Positions 49,766-60,888 of a stretch of 64,000 nucleotides of DNA are shown in pieces. The DNA lies in assembly GCA_028534125.1 (NCBI GenBank), contig CM052824.1, positions 59,644,001-59,708,000 on the forward strand. Direction: 5' to 3'. The position numbers and the translations under genes are program-made. The notes beneath the pieces are model-generated. The model saw only the letters and a list, made by a program, of their open reading frames with translations. It ran no database searches and was not told the origin of the DNA. Positions within the stretch are counted from its first letter, which is position 1. The number at the start of each line of letters is the position of its first letter. Source of the stretch: Lama glama (lineage: Eukaryota).

Positions 49766-52700
49766 GCTAGTTTGGACCACAAGGTAGGGCAGCCACACCA
49801 ACTTTTTACAACCCCCAAGGCCCAGCTCCGAGGGGAAGGTATCTCCCCCTCACCTCAGGGCCAGCCTCTGAAAGGTCACATGGCAGACCTGCACTGGCTG
49901 ATTCCAAAGTCGGCCGCCTAGCCGCGACTTTTGTCTCCTTCCGTGGATTTTGGGGTCAATGCAATGCCGTCGGATGGCACAGATTTCAAAAGGCCCAGAA
50001 AGGTCCAGGCCAGGCAAAGCCGTCTCTCCCACCCCGTCCATCCCAGACGCGGCGTCCCTGCCCAGACGCACAGCCGCCGTCCCTTCTACCTGGCGACAGT
50101 GGATTTGCCAGGAGGAGAGAAACAGGACAAAGCTTAACGACAGGAAAGAGCAAGTGTGCCACGTGAGGTTCTGTGGGCCACTCAGAATGACTGGTCAGAC
50201 AGTCCCGAAACTCTGAAAACACAGCCCGCCAGGACTGCTCGCGGTTCACACACACTCTGCCCACGCTGGGGCTTTCTCGGTTCAAAGCGCGTTCCGGCAC
50301 GTGACTTAACCCGCACGTTCCGCAGTCAGGAGTAGACGCTTCCGGTTATTCTGCGACTTTCAAAACTCACATCGACCAGGTGACGATCAGGCAGCGTTCT
50401 CGGAACGACGTTGACCTCCGTCTTCCAATTGCCTATTTCGCTATTTTTATCAGCATTCATTATTTCCACATTAATCCAATTAGCGTCCTGTTTACCAATA
50501 CCTCATTTTTAATTTGCAGCTTCGTTCTAAAAGCTCGGAGAGGCTTTCACAACCTGAGTTCTCCTCCCTGGTTACTGCCAAGTAATTAGTCGAGGAGCGT
50601 CCCTGATCAAAGCGAAGAGCCAGAAGCAAGTTGGAGCTTGCCTTATGCCGAAAGGGAAAAAAAAAAAACCCACGGTGAGTCTCTCCTAATTGCGGGGGCT
50701 TTGTGGGTTATCACTGAGCGAGGCAGGGGGCCGAGGGTGTCAGTCAAAGGGCCTTTAACTGCAGGGCTTTGCACATCACAGCGCGTTAAATACCTGGGGA
50801 TTCCTCCTCTGATGTGCATGCTAATGCCCAGCGGCCCTTCCTGTCTTTGAGGGGAATTGTGCTAAGTTTGCATTGCGCATAGTGAGAATGGCCGGCTGAG
50901 GGGCCCAAGCGCTGGGCAGCCCGGTGACATCAGGGAGATCCTGTCCTGCCTGGGAAGGCACTGCTTCCAGCACGGCTTCCCCCCACCCCATAGCCCCGAC
51001 GGCTCTGCGGAAGAGGGACCCCTCCCCATGGTCAGCACTCTTCAAGCCGTCCGCCCCCACATCACTTCACAGGAGGGCAGGAGCCACACTGGGCCCCGGG
51101 CTGGTCCCCACGCTGGCCTGTCCCCGACACAGCCCCAGCCAGAGCGTGCAGGACGCGGGGGCAGCCTCCGTCTGGCAGGTAGGGCACCACCCAGGCGAGC
51201 CAGGAGGCCAGGAGGCTGCGAAACCCTCCTGGAGGTCTTTCTCACACAACTCGATGGAGAGACCAGCCTGGGAAGCCGCCTCTAACATCCCAGGAAATCG
51301 GGCAGGAGGGGTGAGAGGCATCTCTCCTGACCATTCGGAAGGACCTTGTGCAGCCCAGGCGTCCTTGCCCCCAGGAGAAGCCACCTGTCCAGTTAAGGAG
51401 AGGCTTCCCCAGATGCCCGCCCCCCAGGGCCTGGAGCCTCGAAGCAGCAGGTGGGCAATTAGAGCCCCCGCCCCCTCCCCACAGTCACCCAGGGCCTCAA
51501 GGAGCAGCTTGCGGGCTGGCACTGGGTGAGGACACACCAGGAACAGGTCCTTCCCACGTGCAGCCACCCTGAGCAGCTCCACAAAGCAGGGCCACCGGGG
51601 CACCCGGCCCAGCCCCGCTGCCCAGGCCCCTGCGCCCTGGCTGGCAGGAGGTTGGGGGGGGGGCCCAAGCGCTCTGGGCCTGCCTGATGGGGGAGGGAGG
51701 GCGCTGGGCCAGCTTCCCTGGGCTCCCTGTGTCTGCCCTCGGAGGTTCTCAGGTGCGTTCCTGCGGGCCACTCAGAGGGAGTCTGCAGGGGTCCCGGCTT
51801 GGGTTCCCACCGTAAGAGTGCAGGCGGGTGCCCCCTCCCTCCATGGATGAAGGCCTGGGGACTTGTCAAGGCCGTGGAGGAGCCAGGCCTGCTCTGGACG
51901 ACTGTCCGGACTGCCAGCCCAGGGCCCTGCCCGCTGTGCCCTCTGCCCACCGTGTGCCAGGCATGGCGGCCAGATCAACACCTGCAATCTGATTTAGTCG
52001 CTCGGTTTGAGGTTTCTCGCTTCAGTGCCCAACTGTCAGTAGGGGTGAACACCCAGGAGCAGGTGCATGAGAGGGGGCGCATATGATGTTCTACTGCCAA
52101 AGTTTTAACTCATCCTTAGACCCAAAACACGGATGGGAGAACAGAAGAGGGGGCAGGCCTGAAGCCTGGTTCTCGCTCCCAGGTCCTTCCCGGGGCTCAC
52201 TCTTTGGGGGACCTGATTCCAACTCCAAGGTCCACAGAATGTCCCAGCCATGGACCCTATAGTGCTGCCTGAAATGTCCACCCCACACTCTGAGACCTGC
52301 CTTCGGTGCCCCCATCTCCCCTCTCTGAACCCAGCAGAGCCCACCCTGCTGCCTGGCCCCTCTCCCGGGTCTACTCCCTCTGAGGCACCTCCCTGACCCC
52401 TCCCGCCCACCCACCTCCCAGCTAGTCTCTACAGCACCGATGGCCATGCCGATGGCTGATGGCCGCAGCCACTCCATGTGTGTCCTCTCTCTCCCAACTC
52501 TGGGGGCCGTGCTGGCCCAAGCCGTCCTTGACGAGAGAGGATGCGGGGGTGTGAAGGGGTGGCCTGTTTCCCAGGACGCAGAGGCTGTGGACATGGGGGC
52601 AGGGGGACGGGCTGGGGAGAGCCAGTAAGCTGGGCGAGGGACCCCCTCCACCCCTGGCCGTGCTTGGAATGGAGCGGGTGGTCTCCTGCTCCTACTTCGC

Positions 52701-52810
52701 CAAGGAGGGACGTGGCTTAGAACAAATTTCTTCACCTTTTGTGCCATGGCCCCTGGCGGCCCGAAGGCTGAGGACCGATTCTCAGAAGAGTATTTCAAAT
52801 GCAGAAAGTA

Positions 52811-52931
52811 GGGGGGAGGGTATAGCTCAGTGGTAGATCGCATGCTTAGCCTGCACAAGGTCCTGGGTTCAATCCCCAGTCCCTCCACTAAACAAACAAA
52901 TAGATAAGTAAGTCTAATGACCCCCCCAAAA
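52811..52931 (+). mobile_element. tRNA-Ala(AGC)-derived SINE (camelid Vic-1-like)
   Basis: GGGGGGAGGGTATAGCTCAGTGG A-box, CTTAGC anticodon remnant, GGTTCAATCC B-box, AT-rich tail ending ..CTAATGACCCCCCCAAAA. Confidence 0.9.
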
Positions 52932-52990
52932 TGCATGAAGCAAAATACACAAGATTACAAGGGAGACCAATGACACTGAATTCTGGTTAT

Positions 52991-53416
52991 TCTGGTGGGC
53001 TGAACAGCAACCCCCCACCCCCCAAAAAGACTGGTCTACCCAGAACCTTAGAACATGACCTTGTCTGGAATGAGGGACTTTGCAGACGTAAAAGGGAAAG
53101 CTCTCCAGACGAGGTCACCCTGAGTTACAGGGGGCCCTCAGTCCAGTGACGAGTATCCATACAAGAGACAGAAAAGGAGAGACACAGACACAGAGAGGGG
53201 GCCAAGTGTGCACGGAGGCAGGGTTCGGGGTGACGTGTCTACAAGCCCAGCAGGCTGGGACGGAGACACGACCGATTCTCCCTCAGAGCCTTCAAAAGGG
53301 GCCGGCCCTGCCCACCTGGATCTGGGACTTCTCGCCTCCGGGCCACGAGAGAATGTTTCTGCTGTTTCAAGCCCTAGTTGGTGGTAATCTGTCACGGCAG
53401 CCCCAGGAAGCTAACA
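52991..53416 (+). mobile_element. ERVL-MaLR solo LTR (MLT1B/C-like)
   Basis: Typical MLT1 blocks: TGGGCTGAA..CCCCCAAAA, GACTTTGCAGA, GATTCTCCCTCAGAGCCTTC, TTTCTGCTGTTTCAAGCC, GGCAGCCCCAGGAAGCTAACA. Confidence 0.8.
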
Positions 53417-54699
53417 CGGTCATGATGATATTAAAAAGCAAACTTGCGTTCTGGGGATGATGAGGCCTCAGGGAGCAGGTCTGAGGATCCACCGTTTCAA
53501 CCCAGTGACGAGCACAAACGAAATTTGGAGACTGTCATGCACTGGGAAGGATTTTTGCTCTCTTTGGGTCTCTGATCTGGAGGAGCATCTCCAGAAAAAG
53601 AAATCACTTTTGAGGGGTGAACGTCTGGTTTGCAAACCCGACCAGCTGGAGGCAGGTAGAAAGTTTATGTTCACTTGCGCAGACTCTCACAGCCAGCTTC
53701 GGCTTGAACCCCAATGAGCAGAGGGAGATCTTCTTGTAAAGAGCCAGGCTTCCTCTGCATAGCACACACAGAAAAGATTTTTCCAGGCATCCCATGTAAC
53801 CTACTTAAGAAGGCAAACTATTAAAAAAAAACAGACATTGCATGTTTTGATTACAGAAATGGATGCGTTAGTTCCAGATGTGTTTTCTATGTTGTACAAA
53901 TCTGGGCAGGCAGGACATGGGAGCACCTGGCGGGGGTGAATTGCCACACAGTGCCCTGGGGATGAAAATCCCCCAGAGTAAGAAGGCTTTTGCCCTCCAG
54001 ACAGAAGCATCATCAGGGTGACAGGGAGCAAGGAGCTACTGAACGACTCCTCTCAGTTTCTTTTTTCCTTTTCTCTGTATGAATGGAAATCAGTAACAGG
54101 TTTCAAAAACATTGACTCAGCCCTCCCACAGAAATCCCCAAATTAGAAAACAAAAATGAGCCCTTCCCTCTTACGGGGGCTGGGTAGGAGAAACATGCAT
54201 TTGAAGCATATTTCTGCGTTTTTGCAAACGCAGTTCACCGTGTGTGCAAGGACTTCTACACAAGCACGGAGAGGATAAATTTCCCCTTGAATCTGGTGAC
54301 CTGAAATCGTCTGCCAGACGAATGCGCACTTTCCTTCTGGGTGTCGGGATCTCAGGGTGAATGCCGTCCTTGGCTACAGGCAGGACCTCCGCCAGGTCCT
54401 CTCCCTAAGTCCTCAGTCTCTCCTTTTCAGGCCCATCTTAGCTGCGCTGTCTGCAACCCATTCGTGGAGGGGGGTGGGGCGTCCCCTATAAATAACTGCT
54501 AAAGCACGCAACCTTGTTATGGTACCCCTGACAGAGGCCACCAGCCTCCGCCCAGGCCACGGGCAGATTCCTGCCTCACTGCCAGCCATTCCGTCCCCTG
54601 CCGGGGAGAGCTGCAGGCTACCAGGGAACTGTGTCCCCTACCCAACACCACCAAGGGCTTCAGGTTCTCCGGACCCTGGAGGAGCAACAACAGCCAACA

Positions 54700-54915
54700 C
54701 TTTGGGGCCCACTTGTGGGCGCCAGGCACCATTCTGAGCACTTTAGATACGGACGGCGTCTTGGTTACTGTTCCCACAACCCTCTAGGGCAGGGGCTATC
54801 ACCGCCCTTCTTTACAGATGGGTAAACTGAGGCTCAGAGTGGTTAGGAAACTTTCAGAAGGTCCAGGATGAGTAAGTGTCGAAGAGGGGATTTGAACCCT
54901 AATATTCTGAATTCT
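54700..54915 (-). mobile_element. MIR SINE
   Basis: GCCAGGCACCATTCTGAGCACTTTA..TTTACAGATGGGTAAACTGAGGCTCAGAG..GGGATTTGAACCC. Confidence 0.78.
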
Positions 54916-56372
54916 CCGCCTACCCGATGAACCGTGGCACCAGACTGGCCCTCCCATGGGGCCGCCCTGCAGAATTTGGAGACAGTGACCCTATTCCCCA
55001 GAGCCTGCACCAGGCCTGAGGGCCGGGGCCGACCTTCCTGGGGCTGCCCCTCCAGCATCCCCTTGCCGACACCCTGCCAGCTTCTGATGCTGGACTTTTG
55101 ATCCTATTTTTAGAATCACACGCTTAAAGCATACAATTGTATGTTGCAAAATTCCAAATACTTTGTATTTTTGTCCTCGATGCAATTCTTTTTTAACTTT
55201 TATTGAGTAAATCAAAACACGGGTGCTGGACTTTTGGCAAACATGAAAGGGGGGCAATGCATTTTCTCCAAAGCTAGCTGTTCAGGCGAAACAAATAAAC
55301 AGCAGCAGTGACAGCAAACAAAACAAAACAAAAGCATTCAGCTAATGGCTCCCCAAAGTCCATCATTTAATAAACAGACCACAGTACACTTGGACCACAT
55401 GACCTCTGGTCAGAAATGAGCCGTGCACTGTCTCCCGGCCCCTTGCTGGTTGACAATGGTCTACCTGACACCCCCTTTTATTTATGTAGACACGTGCATA
55501 CTGTGTGCAAATCCACTTAGGAACCAGACAAAAATACAAGCTGAGTAAGAAGGTAATAATAGCTCCCCCTCCCAGTCCAAGGTCTAAAAGACGGTGGCAG
55601 CAGGGCACGGAGGGCTAGGAGAGAAGGGACGCAGGAAAAAGGAGGTGTCTCTGGCCGGGCGGCCCAGGGGCCAAATTCTGACCCCTCCTTCCCCCAACTG
55701 TTACAGACTGAGGAGCTAGGGTACCCGGACCAACTCAGCGCCACTGAGAGATGCCCCTGTGGAATCCAGTTTAGTGGCCTACCCTCCGGGTCCAGCTTAG
55801 GGGTCATGCCCAGTTTTCCTGGTCCAGGGGAAGGCCTCATTCAAGCTTGAGGGTGGGGCGGCTGGCGCCGCCGGATTGGTACAGCCCTCGTGGGTTCAGA
55901 GGGAGTCCGGCGCCCAGCGGGGAGGAGCCTGTCAGAGACAGGCAGTCTCCCAACCTCCACCCGCGTCTGCAGCCCCGACCGAGCCTCTTCCCGGGGTCAC
56001 ATTCTCAGCCTCCCCTCGAAGCTGGGGTGGAGCGAGGTTTGCCCGAGGAAGACCCTCCGGGAATACCAGTGAGGCTGCTTCTGGCCCCAAAGGCCGCCGC
56101 ATGGCCGGCAGGAGCCCGCAGCTCCTCGCGGGCTGGACTCTGGCCGGCTGGCTCCCTCCCCCCCGCAACCCCGCCCGTGCCCCATCCCAGGAGCTGGTCG
56201 GACTCGAGGGAGCCCCCACGTCACCCTCTCTCGAGTCCGTGCACCATCTCCCCCTCACCGACTCCCAGCTTCGGAGCCGCGAGCCTGTGTGCCGGCCGCC
56301 CCGGGCTCGGGCCCCGCAGGTGGAGCCCAGCCGCGCCCCGGCGCCCTCGCGCCGGGCTCCGGTGCTGCCTAC

Positions 56373-56515
56373 CTGGTGCCGTCGGAGCCCCAGGAATCGA
56401 TGCCCGAGCCGGCCCGGCGCTGGCCCGGGCTGCGCCGCGTAACCCCTTCGTGAGCGCAAGGCGGACGCGGGCCGAAAGGCGGGCGCGGCTGGGCGGCCGC
56501 GGGCAGGGAGGCAGG
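56373..56515 (-). other. TP73: TP73 non-coding exon 1 (5' end approximate)
   Basis: Donor CACCAG|gtaggc at 56373/56372 inside the CpG island, downstream of the TATA-like box. Confidence 0.8.
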
Positions 56516-56850
56516 GCGGGCGCCGGCCGCCGAGGCGGGTTATATGGGCGCGGGGAGGGGAGGCGCCGCGGGGAGGGGGTGGCCGCGGGCGTTAGCGCCT
56601 TCCGCAGCCGGCGGGCGGGAAGGCAGCGCGCGGGCCGCTCAGCCGTGGCGGGAGGAGCGCGCGGCGGCGGGGCCAGGCTGGGGCCGAGGTTGCCGCCTGG
56701 CGCTCCGCCCCCGCAGCTGGCCGCGGCCGAGTCGGGGTCCCGGGGCGCGCTCCGCCCCGCCTCCTTCCCGCCGCCTTTTGGCGCGCGTCTCCCCTGCCGG
56801 CCCCGGCGGGGCCGCCTGCCTTGGCTGGACGCGCCCCGGGCGCTGGGGCC
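56516..56850 (-). promoter_or_regulatory. TP73: TP73 P1 (TA) promoter
   Basis: CATATAA TATA-like box at 56540-56546; E2F site TTTGGCGC at 56777-56784 and E2F-like TTCCCGCC at 56765-56772; GC boxes; TAp73 is an established E2F1 target. Confidence 0.87.
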
Positions 56851-58531
56851 CTGCTGCTGTGGAGACGGGACGGCGACCCTCGGCCGGCTTGGGGGCGCGG
56901 AGAAGGGCGCGCGGGAGCCGGAGCGGCGGGGCAGAGATGCAGACCCCGCGTCCCGATGCCTTCCTTCCCCAGACGTTGCATCTTCCGGGTCTCGCCCCTC
57001 CGCCCCCATGGGCACTGGACACCTCCGCGCCAGGCGCTGGGAATCCAAGGGGCCAGGAGAAGCGCCGCGCATCACAGGGGTGTCGCCACCCGGGTCCGCA
57101 CTGCCAGTGGCCGAGAGGGACGGGGAAGGTCTCGGCCTCAGGACCGGGGCTTAAGTCGAGCTACCTGCTTCCGGGTGGCATTAGCCCGGCTCCTCCGCCC
57201 AGGAGAGCCCGCCACCCACGCCGCTCACGCAGTGGAGGTCACGACCTCGCCGGGGCCCCGCCCCTCATTGCGGATCAGCTGCGACCCTCTGGACGCGTGA
57301 CTCTCTCGGCCCCAGCCTGCTGTCTTCCTGGGTGGAAGACGTGTCCCACGGTCCCTAGGGAGTAGTAACAAGGAAAGCAAACACTCCCAGGTCCCGCGGC
57401 CCGCACCTTGCCCCCTCCCCCGGCCACTGCCTCCTGGCCCCGGGGGTAGGATTCCGTTCCTCGTTGCGCAGACAGGCGCGGGTGTCCACGACGACACGTG
57501 AGTCGTGCACGAGGCATTGCTTTCTGCGCGCAGAGACCCGCCTCAGGTCGAGGCTTCTCTCGGGCCCGCGACACCTGTGGCTCCAAGGTCCGGGCCTCCC
57601 CCCAGGGCAGACCTGGGCTTCCAGGGCTCCCACCTAGCACGTCGGGGCCTCCGCTGAAGAACCTGACATGCAGGATGAGTTTTGAAAGGCTCTCGACGGC
57701 GGCACCTGTTGTGCGCTGCCTACTGGTGCTCAAAGGACCGGTTATCTGCCTCCGAACCAGTGCCCCCAGGCCAAAGGGAGCCCCGCGTCGGTGTCGCCCG
57801 TGGAACTGTGCGCACCCCCGGCTGGTGCAGACCCTGGCTGCACGAGGTCCGCACCTCACCTGGCGCGTCTGGCAGACTTCCACGCACTTTTATTGCTCAC
57901 CTATTGTTTGCAAGGTGCGGGAGCAGGGGGCGGGACCCAAAGATGAATCACAATCGGCGGTTGAACTGGCCGGGGACAGAAAATGCCGGCACTGCGAAGC
58001 AGGACGCCTGCTTGCATCCTCAACCTTTTCGTTCAGGGAAGTTGGGGGTGGGGCGGAGGGCTTCTGCAGGGCGCAGGCCCGGGCTGGGCGCGCGGAGGTG
58101 CGAGGAAGACCCAGGTCGGGTCTTGGTTCTCAGAATGCAGGGTCGGGGCTGGGTGTCAGAGTCCGCGCGAACCCGTGAGCAGCGGACGCGCCCGCGGGTC
58201 CTGGACCAGGTGCGGGGAGGCTGCTGTTGGGAGAAAAGGACCGGGGTCCCCACTGGGCGAGAGGACAGGCACGCGCCGGGCAGCGAGCAAGGTCGGCAGA
58301 GGCAGCGCCGACGAGGGTGCTCGCTGCGGTCCGGTCCGAGGGCGGGTGCGGCTGGCCCCGGGTCCGGGCCTGGGTGTCCTTCTCTGCGCAGGTCCGAGCG
58401 CAGGTGCGTGCGTGCGACGGACAGGCGGGTGCACAGGACCCGGGTGCTCTCCCTGCGGAGCAAGCATCAAATTCGTTCTCTTCCTGATCCGATGCCCTCC
58501 TGAGCGCGAAGTGACGGCCTCGCTGCAGGCG

Positions 58532-58914
58532 TGGTTGCCAGATTTAGCCAAAAGACAAACGAGGAAAAACGAGTTTTTATTTATATTCTATGTATAAAAT
58601 ACAGTACACGTGTTATGTATGTATTATGCGCTATAGCATCTATTATATCTATACGAGCGCCTATTTATGTGTGGATATATTTGCATGTAAATAAAATTGT
58701 AATAAAATAAAATGTAAATAAAAGTATTTACATTAAACAAATACATAGAAATACACACAGGACGCCAGTTAAATTTGGATTTCAGATAAGGGGATAATTT
58801 TGTTATAAATATGTGCTATGTAGATAGTTGGGAACATATTTACCCTAGAAAATGACTCGTTGCTTATCTGAAATTCAGTTTAAGTGTACGTCCTGCATTT
58901 TATCTGGCAACCCT
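58532..58914. mobile_element. MER53-like non-autonomous hAT DNA transposon with an AT-rich internal expansion
   Basis: Terminal inverted repeats GGTTGCCAGAT and ATCTGGCAACC; internal inverted arms CAGGACGCCAGTTAAATTTGGATTTCAGATAAG and CTTATCTGAAATTCAGTTTAAGTGTACGTCCTG. Confidence 0.82.
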
Positions 58915-58919
58915 AGCCG

Positions 58920-59460
58920 GAGGGGACCTCGAGGCCTCTCCCGCTCGGTGACTGGCGGAAATCCCGGGTGGGACGAAAAGCGGCGCCAGCCTCACAGCGC
59001 TGTGGCGTGCGGGGCGGGGAGAACTACGAGCCCCACAATGCCGCGCGCGCGCCCTGGGCCCTGATTGGCTGCGGCGTGCTTCCCGCCTTAGCGTCACTTC
59101 CGGCCGCGGAGGGGTGGTTGCGGCGGGCTGTGCCGGCCCGGCTTCGCGGGCGAGGGGTTCGGCGGCCGCCATGAACTTCTCCGAGGTGTTCAAGCTGTCC
59201 AGCCTGCTGTGCAAGTTCTCCCCGGACGGCAAGTACCTGGTGAGCGGCCGCGGGGCCTGGCCGACGGCGGGCCCTCCGCGGGAGGCGCGTGTCCACAGCG
59301 GGTGGCGCGGACCCGGGAGCCGGGAGCCGGGCGGCCGCGGGGCCCGGATGGGGGGAGCTCGGGGTCCGCAGCGGTGGACCCTGCCCGGGCAGCGGCCCCC
59401 GGCGGGCGCCCCGGGCAGGGGTCCTGGGCTGCTGTTGCAGACAGGAGGCCTGGGCGGGTG
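58920..59460 (+). promoter_or_regulatory. WRAP73: WRAP73 promoter and CpG island
   Basis: GC box near 59010; ZNF143/SBS-like ACTACGAGCCCCACAATGC at 59023-59041; inverted CCAAT box (CTGATTGGCT) at 59061-59070; E2F-like TTCCCGCC at 59080-59087; CRE-half/ETS composite GCGTCACTTCCGG at 59091-59103. Confidence 0.85.
59171..59239 (+). CDS. WRAP73: WRAP73 (WDR8) coding exon 1
   Basis: gccgccATG Kozak; [23 protein letters not shown]; donor CTG|gtgagc. Confidence 0.97.
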
Positions 59461-59670
59461 CTGCAGACCAGTTTTCAAAGCGACAATGTGAAAAACAGTA
59501 AGCACAGGACACATATTTGTTCTGATCTGCAGTCTCTCTCCCACGCTCCTTTTTCCGTGCAAAATTCATGTGGCTCGTTTTTTGATAGAAGTTCATGAAA
59601 CAAAACCCCAGGAATCTAATTTGACCTTGATAAGTACAAAATGAAGCAGTTAACATTTAAGAATCCATTC

Positions 59671-59920
59671 TTTTTTTTTTTTTTTTAATTTACTGAAGTA
59701 TAGTCAGTTTACAACGTTGTGTCACTTTCTGGTGCACAGCATCATGGTTCAGTCCTACGTATACACACATGTATTCGTTTTCATGTTCTTTTTCATTATA
59801 GATGACTACAAGATGCTGAATATAGTTTCCTGTGCTCTACAGAAGAAACTTGTTGTTTATCTGTTTTATATACAGTAGTATCTGCAAATCTTGAACTCCC
59901 AGTTTATTCATCCCCACCCC
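59671..59920 (-). mobile_element. L1 3' end with poly(A) tail (lineage-type L1)
   Basis: Poly-T run followed by AATTTACTGAAGTATAGTCAGTTTACAACGTTGTGTCACTTTCTGGTGCACAGCA..GAATATAGTTTCCTGTGCT. Confidence 0.82.
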
Positions 59921-60099
59921 TTCTTGATTTTTAAACTGTGATTACTCTACTGTTGCAGGAAAGCACACTCAGGCACGTCAGCTGTTTACTTGAACGTGGG
60001 TATTATTAACAAATATGGACATGAGGTAGCTGTACCTTTAGGAAAGCTGTACTAACACTTGAACATTTTCAGAGTCAGGGTTAGGACGAAGGTGATGCA

Positions 60100-60888
60100 G
60101 GTGTCCTCCCTCCTGAGTCTCCTTCACTCCCACCCTGCTGCCTGCCACGCGCAACACTTCTGCCACATCTGATCAGCAGTGTGTGGGCCTCCCCCCAACA
60201 CCAAGCCGTTCTCCACACCAGCTCTGTGTCCTGCAGTTTGACTCAGTTCTGGCACTGTCTACCTGGAGAGAGCATTACATTCCCCAGGTTAAGGGCTCAG
60301 TCCGACAAGGCTGCCCCCCTCTTCAGACGCCACTTGGAAGTCCAGGTTGTCACCTGTGCTTCTGACCAACTGGCTGTGGATTGGAGGTTTCCATGATCTG
60401 CTCTTTGGGTTCCACTAATTTGCTCGAGCAGCTCACAGGACTCAGAGAACACGGAGGGTTAGCAGTTTATTGAAGGATGTGATACAGCCAGACGAGGAGG
60501 CGCACAGGGAGAGGCCTGGCGGGTCTTGATGCAGGAGCTTTTGTCCCCTGGCGTCCAGTGTGTCCCCCTCATATGTAGATGTGTTCATCCATCTGCAAGC
60601 TCTCTGAGTCCCGTATTGGGATTTTATTCAGGTTTCATCACATATGCATGGGTGGTCATTAACTTCATCTTCAGGCTTTTCCCCTGAAGAGAAAAGGGCT
60701 GGGCTGAAAATTCCAGGTTTCTAGTCCTGCTGGGTCTTTCTGGGGAGCAGCCCCCACCCAGGTGCCACCCAGGGTTGCTCCACAAGAACAGAGCATGCTC
60801 CTGTGACCCAGGAGGTTCCAAGGGTTTCAGGAGCCCTGTGTCAGGACCTGGCGGCAGAGACTAACATGTGTTTTCTGTTCTCTCACAG
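60100..60888 (-). mobile_element. MER21-like LTR
   Basis: Minus strand begins TGTGAG..CCTGACACAGGGCTCCTGAAACCCTTGGAA; internal GGTTAAGGGCTCAGTCC and TAATTTGCTCGAGCAGCTCACAG motifs typical of MER21. Confidence 0.72.

Larger units (their letters stand above)
55850..58520. promoter_or_regulatory. CpG island over TP73 P1/exon 1 and the intergenic region
   Basis: Very high GC and dense CpG by inspection; boundaries approximate. Confidence 0.88.

Noticed and set aside
52811-52887. Functional tRNA-Ala gene
   Set aside because: Mismatches in the D and anticodon stems, extra 5' G run, SINE-type tail and a second diverged copy at 62.4 kb indicate a SINE
54214-54233. 8-bp hairpin CTGCGTTT/AAACGCAG
   Set aside because: Too short to exceed chance expectation in 64 kb
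55847-57154. 435-aa plus-strand ORF and overlapping ORFs across the TP73 promoter
   Set aside because: Stop-codon depletion in a CpG island; Arg/Pro/Gly/Ala-rich in all frames, no homology recognised
57352-57361. EBF-type palindrome TCCCTAGGGA, plus scattered CTCF-like and G-quadruplex motifs
   Set aside because: Such motifs are frequent in GC-rich DNA and individual sites cannot be prioritised without data
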